DNA of 64,000 nt from Verrucomicrobiales bacterium (GTDB lineage Bacteria; Verrucomicrobiota; Verrucomicrobiia; Verrucomicrobiales; SLCJ01): NCBI GenBank assembly GCA_046075565.1, contig JBJTQJ010000004.1:18509-82508 (forward strand), written 5' to 3'. This document shows positions 34,823 through 48,723 of this stretch, piece after piece; position 1 is the stretch's first letter; every line of letters starts with the position of its first letter. The position numbers and the translations under genes were made by a program. The notes beneath the pieces were generated by a model. That model was not told the DNA's origin, made no database searches, and saw only the letters and a list, made by a program, of their open reading frames with translations.

Positions 34823-36076
34823 ATGAACACATCCACCGAACGCGCCGCCGAGACGGCTATGACGCTGCGCCAATACTCGATTCTGGTCTGCTGGGGAATG
34901 GTCGTGACCAATCTGGGCCAATTCAGCAGCTTGGGGGACCTGCCGATCAAGTTCCTGCTCAAGGACGGGCTCAAAGTGAGCCAGACCGAGATAGCCGCCT
35001 GGTTGGGGATAGCGATACTGCCATGGAGCTTCAAGCCGTTGGCCGCGCTGCTGGTTGATGGTGTGCCATTGAAGGGGACGAAGCACCGGCATTATCTTCT
35101 CCTTGGATTGGTGTTCAGCGGGACTTTCTGGCTGGCGATGGGAGTTATTCCGCCGCAATACCATACCTTGCTCTTCTTCGGCACCTGCCTGAATGTGATG
35201 ATGATGCTGACGAGCACGGTGGTTGGCGGGCTGCTCGTTGAAGGCGGCCAAGCTCACGGGGCCACCGGTAGGTTAAGTTCAATTCGGATGATCGTCGCCA
35301 ATGTAATCCTTCTTTTTGTCGGTCCGCTTGGTGGATTCCTGGCCGGCAAGTGGTTCGGATGGACAGCCATCATCGGAGGCGTGCTCTTTTTCTCGATGAT
35401 CCCGCTTACGCTCCTGTTGTTGCGTGAGAAGCGGGTGTCCAGTGCCCACAACGGCGATGGCCCGCTGTTCGGTATCGCCCACCAATGCCGGATGGTGTTC
35501 CGCTCAAGGAACCTCTGGATATGCAGCGGGTTGCTCTTCCTTGTCAGCCTCGCGCCAGGGTTCGGCGTGCCGTTGCTCTTTTATCAGACCAATCAACTTG
35601 GTTTTGATCCCATGTTTATCGGGCTGCTGAAGACTTACGGTGCGCCGATGGGATTGCTGGCGGCGTTATTGTATCCTCTTCTTTGCCGCAAACTCAACTT
35701 GCGGGCATTGCTCTATATGTCGATTTCCAGCACGGCGATCTGCGCTCTTCTCTATTTGGGCTATGTCTCCAAATCTTCCGCCATCGCCATCGAAGCATTG
35801 TACGTGCTCGGTTACACCCTTGCTCAGTTACCGCTTTTCGATTTGGCGGCGCGTGCCACACCCAAGGGTTCGGAGGCTCTGGGCTATGCCGTGATGATGG
35901 CGGTCTGGAATCTGAGCAACTCCGTTTCGGAGGTGCTGGGAGCGCATCTTTCGGATGTGTATAAGTTTACTTTCAATAACTTGGTCTGGCTCAACGCCGG
36001 CACCACCGCGCTCATCCTGCTCATCGTGCCCTTCCTCCCCGCTTTTCTGGTGGATAAAAAAGAGGGGGAAATTTGA
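34823..36076 (+). CDS. MFS transporter, BT1-like, second copy
   Basis: Mirror of 9417-10670. Confidence 0.8.
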   Translation: MNTSTERAAETAMTLRQYSILVCWGMVVTNLGQFSSLGDLPIKFLLKDGLKVSQTEIAAWLGIAILPWSFKPLAALLVDGVPLKGTKHRHYLLLGLVFSGTFWLAMGVIPPQYHTLLFFGTCLNVMMMLTSTVVGGLLVEGGQAHGATGRLSSIRMIVANVILLFVGPLGGFLAGKWFGWTAIIGGVLFFSMIPLTLLLLREKRVSSAHNGDGPLFGIAHQCRMVFRSRNLWICSGLLFLVSLAPGFGVPLLFYQTNQLGFDPMFIGLLKTYGAPMGLLAALLYPLLCRKLNLRALLYMSISSTAICALLYLGYVSKSSAIAIEALYVLGYTLAQLPLFDLAARATPKGSEALGYAVMMAVWNLSNSVSEVLGAHLSDVYKFTFNNLVWLNAGTTALILLIVPFLPAFLVDKKEGEI

Positions 36077-36125
36077 TCCCAAAGCCGTTCACTTGGAACT
36101 AGGTCTAGCAGGCGGAGATCATCGC

Positions 36126-36233
36126 CCAGGGCAAGACCGAGACGGTCTTGCTACGGCTCCTAGGGACACTCCCAGGGTAATCTCCTTATGCTTCCATCTG
36201 CAATGTAGCAAGAGCGTCTCGCTCTTGCCCTGG
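36126..36233. repeat. GTAG-type REP pair, second copy
   Basis: Mirror of 9260-9367. Confidence 0.75.
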
Positions 36234-36308
36234 AAGGCGCGGGAGAAGGAAAGCGAAAATTTCGTCGATTCTTCCGTAATGTGAAAAGCATTGGGGTGGA
36301 CCCCGGCC

Positions 36309-37511
36309 TTACTTGATCAACCCGAAGTGGTTGCCGAATGGCCAATAGACGATCAACGCGGGGCCGACCAGATTCACCTGTGGCACCGGGCCCCAGAACC
36401 GGCTGTCGGAGCTGCTCTGCTGGTTGTCGCCCATCGCCCAGTAGATCGGTTGGGGCACACGGACATCATTGCGCCAGAACCGCCCGAGCATCGTCTCGAA
36501 ATGTCCGGGGCGCAGATCGAATTTTGTCACCGAAGGGTAGGGCGGAGGGGGGATCAAATAACCGTTGTAGCCGTCCTGCATGGACATGACCCGTTGGAAA
36601 CCGGGTTCGCGCGCGCGTTCGCCGTTGATCAAAAGCTGGTGGTCGGCGGTGATTTCCAGCGTGTCGCCGGGGACGGCGCAGAGGCGTTTGATGTAGTTCT
36701 GGCTGCCGAATTCCGGGCGGAAGGAGCCTCCGCTTTCGATGTCCTTGATCCCCTTGGTGCTGAAAACAAAAACCTCCCCGCGTTTTGGTTTCCGGAAATG
36801 GTAGCTCATCTTGTCCACGAGCAGGTGATCGCCTCCCTGGCTGCTGCCGCGGAAGATGATGTCACCTTTGCTCACGGGGATGGGTCCGGAAAGTTCGCCG
36901 TTGAATTGCGGCCAGCCTGCGCCCTGCATCAAGGCGGCCTTGGTGGAGGAGACGGAATGGGTTTCGCCCGAGCGCATATGGATGGTCGCGCGGGTAAAGA
37001 AGACGAGGAGATTACGCTCGGTCACTTTAACGATGGCATCATCGGACGCGGCGCGGATGTCATCGTGGCTGCGGCTGTTGAAAATCCATTGCCAAGCCTG
37101 GACGGGCAGGGAAGGAAAGGTTTGGGATGGTGAGAAACTCTCGGAGATCACGCCGTTCAAAGTCGGCTGCATGGAACCGGTCGGGATCTTGAACGGTTGC
37201 AGGAAATAAGCGCGAATGCCGAGGGCCACGATGATGGCGGTGAAAAAGACGTCCACGTTTTCCGGGAGCCAGCCCACCGGTTTGGCGTGCGAGGCGGGCA
37301 CGGAGCCGCGACAGAGGGCTTCCAGTTCGTCTTGCGCCTTTTTCAGCGTGTCGCGATCGGGACGCGTGGCCTCGAGCAGGCGCAATTCGTCCAAACCTTT
37401 GCGGATGGCGGCCAATTTTTCCGTGGCGATCAGGTGCTTTTTGAAATGCACGAACTTCTCCACTCCCTTGCGGAAGTGAACGGAATCCTTGAGATGTCGC
37501 GGTTTGAACAT
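36309..37511 (-). CDS. lepB: Signal peptidase I, second copy
   Basis: Identical translation to 7982-9184. Confidence 0.93.
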   Translation of the reverse strand: MFKPRHLKDSVHFRKGVEKFVHFKKHLIATEKLAAIRKGLDELRLLEATRPDRDTLKKAQDELEALCRGSVPASHAKPVGWLPENVDVFFTAIIVALGIRAYFLQPFKIPTGSMQPTLNGVISESFSPSQTFPSLPVQAWQWIFNSRSHDDIRAASDDAIVKVTERNLLVFFTRATIHMRSGETHSVSSTKAALMQGAGWPQFNGELSGPIPVSKGDIIFRGSSQGGDHLLVDKMSYHFRKPKRGEVFVFSTKGIKDIESGGSFRPEFGSQNYIKRLCAVPGDTLEITADHQLLINGERAREPGFQRVMSMQDGYNGYLIPPPPYPSVTKFDLRPGHFETMLGRFWRNDVRVPQPIYWAMGDNQQSSSDSRFWGPVPQVNLVGPALIVYWPFGNHFGLIK

Positions 37512-37523
37512 GGTCGTGGAAAA

Positions 37524-39326
37524 TCAATCGCTGGTTTTAAGCACCTCGATGAATGCCTCCTGCGGGATGCTCACCCGTCCGATGGCTTTCATCTTCTTTT
37601 TACCCTCTTTCTGTTTCTCGAGCAGCTTGCGTTTACGGGTGATATCACCGCCGTAACATTTTGCGGTCACATTCTTGCGCATGGCGCTGATACTCTCGCG
37701 GGCGATGATTTTCCCGCCCACCATGGCCTGGATGGCCACCACGAAAAGCTGCCGGGGGATGACATCCTTGAGTTTGGCGGCTAGGCGGCGCCCGTAGCTC
37801 TCGGCCTTGTCCCGGTGCACAATGGTCGAGAAGGCATCCACCGGTTCGCCCGCGATCATCATGTCCATGCGCACGAGCTTGGCCGGTTGGTAGCCGCAAT
37901 GTTCGTAGTCCATCGAGCCGTATCCGCGGGTGATGCTCTTGAGGCGATCGTTGAAATCCACGAGGATTTCGTTTAGCGGCAACACGCAGGTGAGCATGAC
38001 CCGGGTTTCGTCGAGCGTCTCGGTATGATCAACCATGCCGCGCTTCTCCATCACGAGCTGGAGGATGTCGCCCATGTTGACATTCGGCAGCATGATGAAG
38101 GCCTTCACGAGCGGTTCGCGGATTTCCGCCACTTCCTGTGGTTCGGGAAGGTGGAGGGGGTTGTCCACGATCAAGTCTTCGCCGCTGGTTTTGGTCACTT
38201 CATAGACGACACCCGGATAGGTGGAAATGACATCCATGTCGAATTCGCGGCGCAGGCGCTCGAGCACGATTTCCATGTGCAGCAGGCCGAGGAAACCACA
38301 ACGGAATCCGAATCCGAGGGCAGCCGAGCTTTCCGCCATGTAAGTCAGGGCGGCGTCGTTGATTTGCAGTTTCGCGATGGCATTCTTGAGCGACTCGAAG
38401 TCATCGGTGCTCACGGGATAGATGCCCGCAAAGACCATGGGGTGGATTTCCTTGAAGCCGGGCAGCGGTTCTTTCACCGGTTGGCGGCTTTCCGTGATGG
38501 TGTCGCCGATTTTGACTTCGGCCGTGCTCTTCACATTCGCAATGATGTATCCGACATCCCCGGCAATGAGCTTCTGACGCGGCGTCTGGCGAGGCGTGAA
38601 GACCCCGACTTCCTTGACCTCGTAATCATTGCCGGTGGCGAGCATGCGAATGCGCTGGCCTTTTTCCATGGTGCCGGAAAAAACACGAACGTAGGAAACC
38701 ACGCCGCGGTAGGAATCGAAGACGGAATCGAAAACCGAGGCGCGCAGATATTGATCGTCGAAGGCTTTTGGCGCAGGCACGCGTTCGATGATGGCCTCGA
38801 GAATATCTTCGATGCCCAGTCCTGCTTTTGCGGAGGCCAGTAGCGCTTCCTCCGCGGGGATGGCGAGGATTTCCTCGAGCTGATGTTTGCACTTCGGGAT
38901 ATCCGCACTCGGGAGGTCGATCTTGTTGATGACGGGAATGATGGTCAGGTTCTGACCCATGGCCAGGTGCACGTTGGCCACGGTCTGGGCTTCCACGCCC
39001 TGGGCGGCATCGATGAGCACCAAGGCTCCCTCACAGGCGGCGAGGCTGCGGGAAACCTCGTAACTGAAATCCACGTGTCCGGGAGTGTCGAGCAGGTTGA
39101 GTTGGTAGGTTTTCCCGTCTCGCACGGAGGTGTAGCTCATCGAGACCGGGTGGGCCTTGATGGTGATCCCCCTTTCCCGTTCCAAATCCATCGAATCGAG
39201 CAATTGATCCTGCTTCTCGCGCTCCGAGATCGTTCGCGTCATCTCCAGCAAACGGTCCGAAAGTGTCGTCTTGCCGTGGTCAATATGGGCGATGATAGAG
39301 AAATTCCGGGTCAGTTCCTGGGACAT
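37524..39326 (-). CDS. lepA: Elongation factor 4, second copy
   Basis: Identical translation to 6167-7969. Confidence 0.98.
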   Translation of the reverse strand: MSQELTRNFSIIAHIDHGKTTLSDRLLEMTRTISEREKQDQLLDSMDLERERGITIKAHPVSMSYTSVRDGKTYQLNLLDTPGHVDFSYEVSRSLAACEGALVLIDAAQGVEAQTVANVHLAMGQNLTIIPVINKIDLPSADIPKCKHQLEEILAIPAEEALLASAKAGLGIEDILEAIIERVPAPKAFDDQYLRASVFDSVFDSYRGVVSYVRVFSGTMEKGQRIRMLATGNDYEVKEVGVFTPRQTPRQKLIAGDVGYIIANVKSTAEVKIGDTITESRQPVKEPLPGFKEIHPMVFAGIYPVSTDDFESLKNAIAKLQINDAALTYMAESSAALGFGFRCGFLGLLHMEIVLERLRREFDMDVISTYPGVVYEVTKTSGEDLIVDNPLHLPEPQEVAEIREPLVKAFIMLPNVNMGDILQLVMEKRGMVDHTETLDETRVMLTCVLPLNEILVDFNDRLKSITRGYGSMDYEHCGYQPAKLVRMDMMIAGEPVDAFSTIVHRDKAESYGRRLAAKLKDVIPRQLFVVAIQAMVGGKIIARESISAMRKNVTAKCYGGDITRKRKLLEKQKEGKKKMKAIGRVSIPQEAFIEVLKTSD

Positions 39327-39558
39327 GCGCGCGGGGTGGGGGAGTGGGTGGCCGTGATGAGAGATTTCAGCCGAAATGCAAACCTTACCCGGATTTGGCC
39401 CCCGTGCCAGTGCGGATTTGGGCGGAGCGCCGTGGCGGCCATTTTCGAAGTGTTGCCTGGGCCTGGCGCCTGTCGAGGGTCATTGAGTCATTTTCCCGGC
39501 GACTTGGATGAAATAGATCCTGTGAAATTGCCAACACCGCCCAAACGTTCTTTCACGC

Positions 39559-40761
39559 ATGAGCCCGCCCACCCGCCGCCAATTCATCACGACCGCCAGC
39601 GCCGCCACCCTGGGGGCAATTTCCCATGCCCAGAATGGAGCAGCGGCTCCGCCCCTGCGCTTGGGATTGGTTGGTTGCGGCGGCCGGGGCACCATGATCG
39701 CCGACATGGCCAAGGCCTCGGGATTGTTCACGATTGTCGGCGCGGCGGACTACTTTCAGGATCGGGTGGCGGGGTTTGCCGCCAGGTATGGATTGCCGGA
39801 AGCGCGGTGCTTCACCGGACTCGATGGCTACCGTCGTTTGTTCGAAGCCGGTGGACTCGACGCCGTGGCCATCGAAAGCCCGCCATTTTTCCATCCACTC
39901 CAGACTTTGACGGCCATCAAGGCCGGGCTGCACGTCTACCTGGCCAAACCGGTCGCTGTCGATGAAGCTGGGTGCCGGATCATCGAGGAAGCCGCCAAAC
40001 TCGCGGCAGAGAAGAAAAGGGTCATCCTCGTCGATTTCCAAACCCGCGCCGTTGAGCCATTTCAGAAGGCGATTGCCAAAGTCCGCGAGGGTGTGCTCGG
40101 GGACTTCAGTCACGGGCAGGCCATCTATGAATCAGGCAGGCTTAATCCCCATGAGGGCGGCGAAACACCCGCCGAGAAGCGCTTGCGCAATTGGGTCTTC
40201 GATATCGCACTTTCCGGTGATATCATCACGGAACAAAATGTCCACACGCTGGATGTGATGGGTTGGATCATGGGCCAGGCACCGGTTTCCGCCACCGGTA
40301 TCTGCAGTCGCAAAGGCCGCACGGATATCGGCGATTGCCACGACCACTTCAGCGTCCTCTTCAATTTTCCCGGCCAAGTGCCGATTCATTTCCACTCGCG
40401 TCAATATGGTGGATGGGGAGACCCCGGCGGCATCACCAACCGCGTCTTTGGGTCCAAAGGCATGATCTCTACCGAATACGGAGGCAAAGTCCGTCTGCGC
40501 GGCGAAGAAGGCGTGAACATGAATGCCGGAGACACGCCTGCTATTTACCGCGATGGCCCGAATCTCAATCTCGCCGAATTCAGCCGGGCCATCCATGCCG
40601 GCGACGCGAGCAATCCGACCGTTGCACCGAGTGTAATGAGCAACCGCATTACCCAGCTCGGACGCCTCGCCGCCTTCCGTCCCGGGGAAATCGTGAAATG
40701 GGAAGACGCGCTCGCCGATACCCAACCGATCGATGGCAAACTGGCCGGGTTGAAAGTGTGA
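39559..40761 (+). CDS. Tat-exported Gfo/Idh/MocA oxidoreductase, second copy
   Basis: Identical translation to 4732-5934. Confidence 0.88.
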   Translation: MSPPTRRQFITTASAATLGAISHAQNGAAAPPLRLGLVGCGGRGTMIADMAKASGLFTIVGAADYFQDRVAGFAARYGLPEARCFTGLDGYRRLFEAGGLDAVAIESPPFFHPLQTLTAIKAGLHVYLAKPVAVDEAGCRIIEEAAKLAAEKKRVILVDFQTRAVEPFQKAIAKVREGVLGDFSHGQAIYESGRLNPHEGGETPAEKRLRNWVFDIALSGDIITEQNVHTLDVMGWIMGQAPVSATGICSRKGRTDIGDCHDHFSVLFNFPGQVPIHFHSRQYGGWGDPGGITNRVFGSKGMISTEYGGKVRLRGEEGVNMNAGDTPAIYRDGPNLNLAEFSRAIHAGDASNPTVAPSVMSNRITQLGRLAAFRPGEIVKWEDALADTQPIDGKLAGLKV

Positions 40762-40785
40762 TTCGGTGTGGGCCGACGACGGCCA

Positions 40786-41523
40786 TCAATCGCTTTGCAT
40801 CCATTCCCGCATGTCTTTGGGCAGCGGGCATTCCCATCTGTCTCCATCGATGATGATGGCGGCGCTGTGTAAGGCATGCCGGTCCAGGAGCAATCGTTCG
40901 GCCAGAGCCGGTGTCCAGCCTGTCTCGAGAAACTCGAGATAATCGGCTCCATCATTCGTGTAAATCTTGTCACCGACCAACGGGTGTCCTGCATGGGCCA
41001 GGTGAACGCGGATTTGATGCATACGCCCGGTCTCCGGGAAAGCCCGCGCCAAACAGAAGGGCGAGCCCTCGCGCGACCAGCGTTTCTCCACCTTCACCAC
41101 CGTGCGGCAAGGCCGCCCTTGCGCATGCGCCAATTGTTTCACATAGACAGCACTGGTGTCTACTTCGCCAGCTCGCAGAATGGGAACATCGACGGTGAAT
41201 TCATCTTCTTCCGGCCAACCGCGCGCGATGGCCAGATATTCCTTGTGGATTTCCCGCCGCATCATGGCGCGACCGAGCCTCCGCGCGGCCACCGCCGACT
41301 TCGCCACAACAGTCACTCCGCTGGTCTCCCGATCGAGGCGGTTCACAATCGATATCTGTCCGCCGGTGGCGAGTTCGTAAGCGAGCAGGGCGCGCAGGCC
41401 GTGCCATAGCGTGGGCGGCCCATCCGGCTTGCTCGGATGAACGAGCAAGTGGGCCGGCTTGTCCACGATCAGGAGTTCGGCATCCTCATACAGGATGTCG
41501 AACTCGATCGGCATCTCATCCAT
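40786..41523 (-). CDS. RluA-family pseudouridine synthase, second copy
   Basis: Mirror of 3970-4707. Confidence 0.9.
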   Translation of the reverse strand: MDEMPIEFDILYEDAELLIVDKPAHLLVHPSKPDGPPTLWHGLRALLAYELATGGQISIVNRLDRETSGVTVVAKSAVAARRLGRAMMRREIHKEYLAIARGWPEEDEFTVDVPILRAGEVDTSAVYVKQLAHAQGRPCRTVVKVEKRWSREGSPFCLARAFPETGRMHQIRVHLAHAGHPLVGDKIYTNDGADYLEFLETGWTPALAERLLLDRHALHSAAIIIDGDRWECPLPKDMREWMQSD

Positions 41524-41631
41524 CTTGCGTCCGTTCATTTGAAGCATCCCCACCATGCGCCCGGGCACTGCCTGCGGCAAGCTCTGGAGCAACCGGCGAA
41601 TTCCATCCACCCGCAATCTTCTACCAGCGTA

Positions 41632-42369
41632 ATGATACAGACCATGATACTTCCTGATACCGCCCTTGTGGAAGCAACCGACCTCTCCCGGTACTATTCC
41701 GGAGGCCCCGAGCGCTCGGTCTCCGCCTTGGACAAGGTGTCTTTCCGCATCAAACAGGGGGAATTCGTGGCTATCACCGGGCCGAGCGGCTGTGGGAAAA
41801 GCACCTTGCTCAATCTGCTTGCCGCGCTGGATACCCCGGATTCCGGCCAATTACGGGTCGGAAAAACGGATTTGACCTCCGCGAGCGAAGCGGAAAGGAC
41901 CCGTTACCGGCGCAGCGAGGTCGGCATCGTATTCCAATTCTTCAACCTCCTGCCCGGGCTCAGCCTGGAGGAGAATGTCGCGCTACCTCTGCGCCTGCAA
42001 GGCATCGGTTACATGGAGAGGCGGGAAAAAGCCCGGCTGCTCCTTGATTTTGTCGGTCTGGACGGTCGACGGGGGCATTTTCCCCACCAGTTGAGCGGTG
42101 GAGAAATGCAGCGCGCAGCCGTTGCGCGGGCCCTCATTCACCAGCCGGGGCTCATCATCGCCGATGAACCCACGGGAAACCTTGATTCGGCGGCGACGGA
42201 ACGTGTGCTGGAGCTGTTCCGGAAGGTGCATCAGGATCAAAAATCCACCCTCGTGCTCGTGACCCACAGCGAGAGTGTTGCTGCAACCGCTGACCGTCGA
42301 CTCGTGATGATGGATGGAAAAATGCGCGAGGAAAAGGCGGTCGACGGAGTGGTGTATCCCGCTTGTTAG
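41632..42369 (+). CDS. ABC transporter ATP-binding protein, second copy
   Basis: Mirror of 3124-3861. Confidence 0.9.
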   Translation: MIQTMILPDTALVEATDLSRYYSGGPERSVSALDKVSFRIKQGEFVAITGPSGCGKSTLLNLLAALDTPDSGQLRVGKTDLTSASEAERTRYRRSEVGIVFQFFNLLPGLSLEENVALPLRLQGIGYMERREKARLLLDFVGLDGRRGHFPHQLSGGEMQRAAVARALIHQPGLIIADEPTGNLDSAATERVLELFRKVHQDQKSTLVLVTHSESVAATADRRLVMMDGKMREEKAVDGVVYPAC

Positions 42370-42555
42370 GCCAATAAATACAAGGAACAAAGCCGCTCCG
42401 GCACCTGAGACCTGCCGACATTCAACCGCCATGCCCTCATCCCGCAGTGACAAAATTCCAGGCCCGCGGGCCGCGGGGGAAAGTTCTTTTAGCGGCTTTC
42501 GGTGGGGGGTGAAAAGAAAAAAATGCGGTTCGGTGCTTTTTTTTGCAAAAAAGCC

Positions 42556-42583
42556 TTGCACGCTTTTACTGGCCGTGTAGAGT
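42556..42583 (+). promoter_or_regulatory. Putative rRNA operon sigma70 promoter
   Basis: TTGCAC-16 bp-TAGAGT with A/T tracts (UP-element-like) upstream. Confidence 0.55.
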
Positions 42584-42832
42584 AACCTTCACCGGCCGAA
42601 ACGAGCCGGACGCGAGCAAGACGGAAAGCCGGCTGCCCTAAAAGACAGCCGGATTTTTAGTCCCCGCGAATTAGGATCTTTGACAAGCAGGACTCGCGCC
42701 ACAAAGCGCGGGTTGGAAAAGAAAAGTTGGAAAGTGCGTCGCGCGCTGGAAAGCGCGCGAGGTCCATGGCCGACCGTCACAGGCGGTTATGGATCGGTAA
42801 CATTTTCGGCTTAATGCCGAAACCGTTATCAT

Positions 42833-44396
<1,564 letters not shown>

Positions 44397-44621
44397 TGGA
44401 GTCATGTTGCCGGTCGTCTCACAGCGATCATATCGGCAACAAGGTCTAGGAACCACCGGTCGGCGCAAGCCGATCGAAAACGGAACCGCTTCGGCGGAAC
44501 CGGGGTTCGTCCGAGCCGCGAGGCCGGACCACTCACAACTATAAACACATTCGCGCGCGATTCCGCGCGGCGCACTTTTCAGCTTTTCTTTTCCTGAGAC
44601 ATCAAAGCATTCCCGGAATGA

Positions 44622-44697
44622 GGGGGTATAGCTCAGTTGGTAGAGCGTCTGTTTTGCACGCAGAAGGTCACCGGTTCGAATCCGGTTGCCTCCACCA
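44622..44697 (+). tRNA. tRNA-Ala(TGC)
   Basis: Cloverleaf, G3:U70 pair, TTCGAAT T-loop, encoded CCA. Confidence 0.96.
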
Positions 44698-44744
44698 CCA
44701 TCTGTAGAATTTCAAATCCCGTATTTGAAGTTTGAATTCCAAAA

Positions 44745-44821
44745 GGGCCTGTAGCTCAGTTGGTTAGAGCACGCGCTTGATAAGCGCGGGGTCACTGGTT
44801 CAAGTCCAGTCTGGCCCACCA
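44745..44821 (+). tRNA. tRNA-Ile(GAT)
   Basis: Cloverleaf, anticodon loop TTGATAA, encoded CCA; one U:U mismatch in the acceptor stem. Confidence 0.95.
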
Positions 44822-45004
44822 TTCTTTTCAGGAAGCTTCCGTCTCCCAAGCAAGTCGAATCCAATGGTCTTTGACATCTGCACACAGGGTAGAAAAATTG
44901 CAGTTTCATGCGAGAAAATCTGCTCTGCGATCTTAGTGAATACGGCGAAAATTTGTAATGACGCTTGCCGGCCCTCCGGGGCCGGAACAAACTCATTTTA
45001 ACAT

Positions 45005-47829
<2,825 letters not shown>

Positions 47830-48056
47830 ATGCCAATTCACTTTGGCTTCGCAGAGCGACAGATGGTCGCCTGACTGCAAATTTTCCATTCCTGTGTGCA
47901 GATGCCAGCGACCCGCTGGGCTAAACAGTTCCCACAAAGAACCGTGCCCCGCTTGCCGCGCGCTCTTTTCCAAGTCCCCAGGCCCGTTCATTCGGTCCTC
48001 AGGATCCCTGGAGCCCCGCCGCCCGCTCAAAAAGCGTGCGGCCGAAGGCTCCAGAC

Positions 48057-48173
48057 TCCTGGTGACCAGAGCGCAGTGGTCCCACCCGGCTCCATTCCGA
48101 ACCCGGAAGTGAAACACTGCCGCGCCAATGGTAGTAAGACGATAGGTCTTGCGAGAGTAGGTCGTTGCCAGGA
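48057..48173 (+). rRNA. rrf: 5S rRNA
   Basis: TCCTGGTGAC...CCATTCCGAACCCGGAAGTGAAAC...GAGAGTAGGTCGTTGCCAGGA. Confidence 0.95.
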
Positions 48174-48178
48174 CTTGT

Positions 48179-48215
48179 GCCCGCCATTCCCCTAAAGGGA
48201 GTGGCGGGCTTTTTT
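48179..48215 (+). terminator. rRNA operon terminator
   Basis: GCCCGCCATTCCC-CTAAA-GGGAGTGGCGGGC followed by TTTTTT. Confidence 0.85.
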
Positions 48216-48380
48216 GTGCCCGAAAAGCAGCATCGTACTGTTCCGGAATCTTATCGTCGTCAACTTCGGTGCGACGCACCAAACTCGTGTTCTGATCGAT
48301 TGATCCACATGTTTCACTGCAGTTTTCGCCGTTCTGATCTTTCTTGCAGGATTGTCGCGATGGTGGTTCAGTGGCGCGCC

Positions 48381-48716
48381 ATGTCCGGGAAAGAGAATGC
48401 AATCGCTACAAACGCCAGCGGTGTCCTTATGGGAGTCCGGGTGCTCGGAGCCATCGAAGGCATATCCTTTATCGTGCTCATGCTTTTTGCGATGCCGATG
48501 AAATACATCTACGGAGATCCGATCTTCGTGAAGTGGTTCGGTTGGGCCCATGGGTTGCTTTTCATCGCGCTTGGATTGCAAACCATTCTCGCATGGCGGA
48601 CCCGCGTCTTTGGATTTTGGACGGCTTTCTGGGTTATGGTCGCCGCCCTGTTGCCTACAGGACCGTTTTTTATGGAGCGCAGGCTGCGTGAGATCGGTGG
48701 CGGCCACGCGGCTTGA
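48381..48716 (+). CDS. DUF3817-like small membrane protein
   Basis: GAIEGISFIVLMLFAMPMKY, GWAHGLLF, AALLPTGPFFMER. Confidence 0.8.
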   Translation: MSGKENAIATNASGVLMGVRVLGAIEGISFIVLMLFAMPMKYIYGDPIFVKWFGWAHGLLFIALGLQTILAWRTRVFGFWTAFWVMVAALLPTGPFFMERRLREIGGGHAA

Positions 48717-48723
48717 TATATTC

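Noticed and set aside
44622-44821. tRNA-Ala before tRNA-Ile in the spacer
   Set aside because: To my knowledge this order is common in Verrucomicrobia, so it is not unusual for this lineage.
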